A stretch of DNA of 64,000 nucleotides from NCBI GenBank assembly GCA_963780185.1, contig CAWABA010000007.1, positions 160,001-224,000 of the forward strand, in the 5' to 3' direction. The notes below the pieces were generated by a model. That model did not search any database. It saw nothing but the letters and a program-made list of their open reading frames with translations, and was not told the origin of the DNA. Numbering within the stretch: position 1 is the first letter of the stretch; the number at the start of each line of letters is the position of its first letter. Shown in pieces: positions 63,002-64,000 of this stretch. The DNA comes from Candidatus Bathyarchaeota archaeon. Its GTDB lineage: Archaea > Thermoproteota > Bathyarchaeia > Bathyarchaeales > Bathycorpusculaceae. Made by a program: the position numbers and the translations under genes.

Positions 63002-63909
63002 TTAACTGTGCGGCGCTTTTGCGTATTCAACAAATCCTTGAACAGTGTTTCCAAGCGCCGTAACCGAGTAAACTGGGTGCGCACTCAAGAAGCCTGCCAT
63101 CCGATTCATGACTTTATCTTCCTCAAGTATTCTTTGGCAAATCTGGTCAAAGCTTTGTTTTTCCTCTACGCCTTCATTCGCAATTTTTCCCCACAGCTGA
63201 AACTGCATCTTGTAATCTTTTAGCCGCCGAACCGCGTCGGAGGCTTTGCCGAAATGACTGTAGTACAGAGCTGTTGGTTTGAGGCTGATTAGTTTATCCA
63301 GAGAAGCCAACGCCACGTCCAGGCGGAAAGGCGGAGGCGTAGTGGGAATTACGGCGTCAAACTCGGGAAAGTAGGTGCCTGCTGCGTCTCCTGGAAATAC
63401 TCCGCCGTTTAAGGTTTCCAGGAAACTGAGGTTATGTGAAGCGTGACCAAGCGTCTCAAAAACCTTCAGTTTGGCGTCGCCGTCCAAATCAAAAGAGCCC
63501 TCGGCGACGGGGAAAATGCGGTCTTTCGGGACAGGTTCTGGTTTGCCGAAGATTTCGCTCACGTACCCCAGAACCGACTGCGCGGATTCCCAGAGCCGCT
63601 GGGGATCAACCAGGTGAGGCATGCCTCTTGGGTGCACGATTACTTTTGCGTTAGGCAGAAACTTTAGCAGTGTGCCTGCGCCGCCGCCGTGGTCCAAGTG
63701 AACATGGGTAACCGCAACGTACTGGACATCCTCGAAGGGCACATCGAGTTCTCTTAATCCTTCGACAAGTTTCGGCACCGAAGAAGTTGGTCCTGACTCG
63801 ACAAGCGTAACTTTGGAGCCTTTAAAACATAGCTGCAGATGAGATTCTTGAACCCGCCAGTTTCCAACTCGATCTGGTACAGGTTTTTCCCGATCATTCG
63901 GGTATGCAA
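63002..63909 (-). CDS. MBL-fold metallo-hydrolase (N-terminal frameshift)
   Basis: THVHLDHGGG, GHASH, FPGDAAG, YSHFG; likely true N-terminus (M)HTRMIGKNLYQIELETGGFKNLICSYVL in another frame. Confidence 0.88.
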
Positions 63910-64000
63910 ATACATGCACCTTACTAAGTCAAATAGGGCAGTGTGTTGGCATAAATGTTTCCGTATAGCCTGAGGGGAGCGCGCAAAACTTAATTATGCA

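Overview
Archaeal chromosome segment, most consistent with Bathyarchaeia. Evidence: the TFE-HD-DUF2110 cluster, PAC2, an intron-containing tRNA-iMet, archaeal PGK and ArsR-TM and PEF-CTERM-like surface proteins. Core content: amrS, a hisGDCBHAFI operon, tfe cluster, glycogen/glucan genes (GT4 x3, GH57), bacterial-type gap plus pgk, hypA/mrp, tldD/pmbA, cyclophilin, rtcB, tRNA-iMet and tRNA-Gly. Main discovery: a 4111-bp integrated rolling-circle-like element (42289-46417) inserted in the last codons of a glycosyltransferase gene. Its tyrosine integrase is split SSV-style by the att site, and the att core is read in two frames (host GT C-terminus and integrase N-terminus). It also carries an IS91/HUH-like Rep, strong strand skew and a dense hairpin array. 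Other accessory features: an MNT/NucS-like/HhH mini-island, a CPR-like LAGLIDADG gene behind tRNA-iMet, a membrane-anchored UvrD-nuclease fusion, a HEPN/TA island at tRNA-Gly, and a dispersed ~220-bp palindromic repeat family. Many genes from ~48 kb onward carry single-base frameshifts that are probably sequencing indel errors. All family assignments come from motif recognition by eye; no database searches were run.
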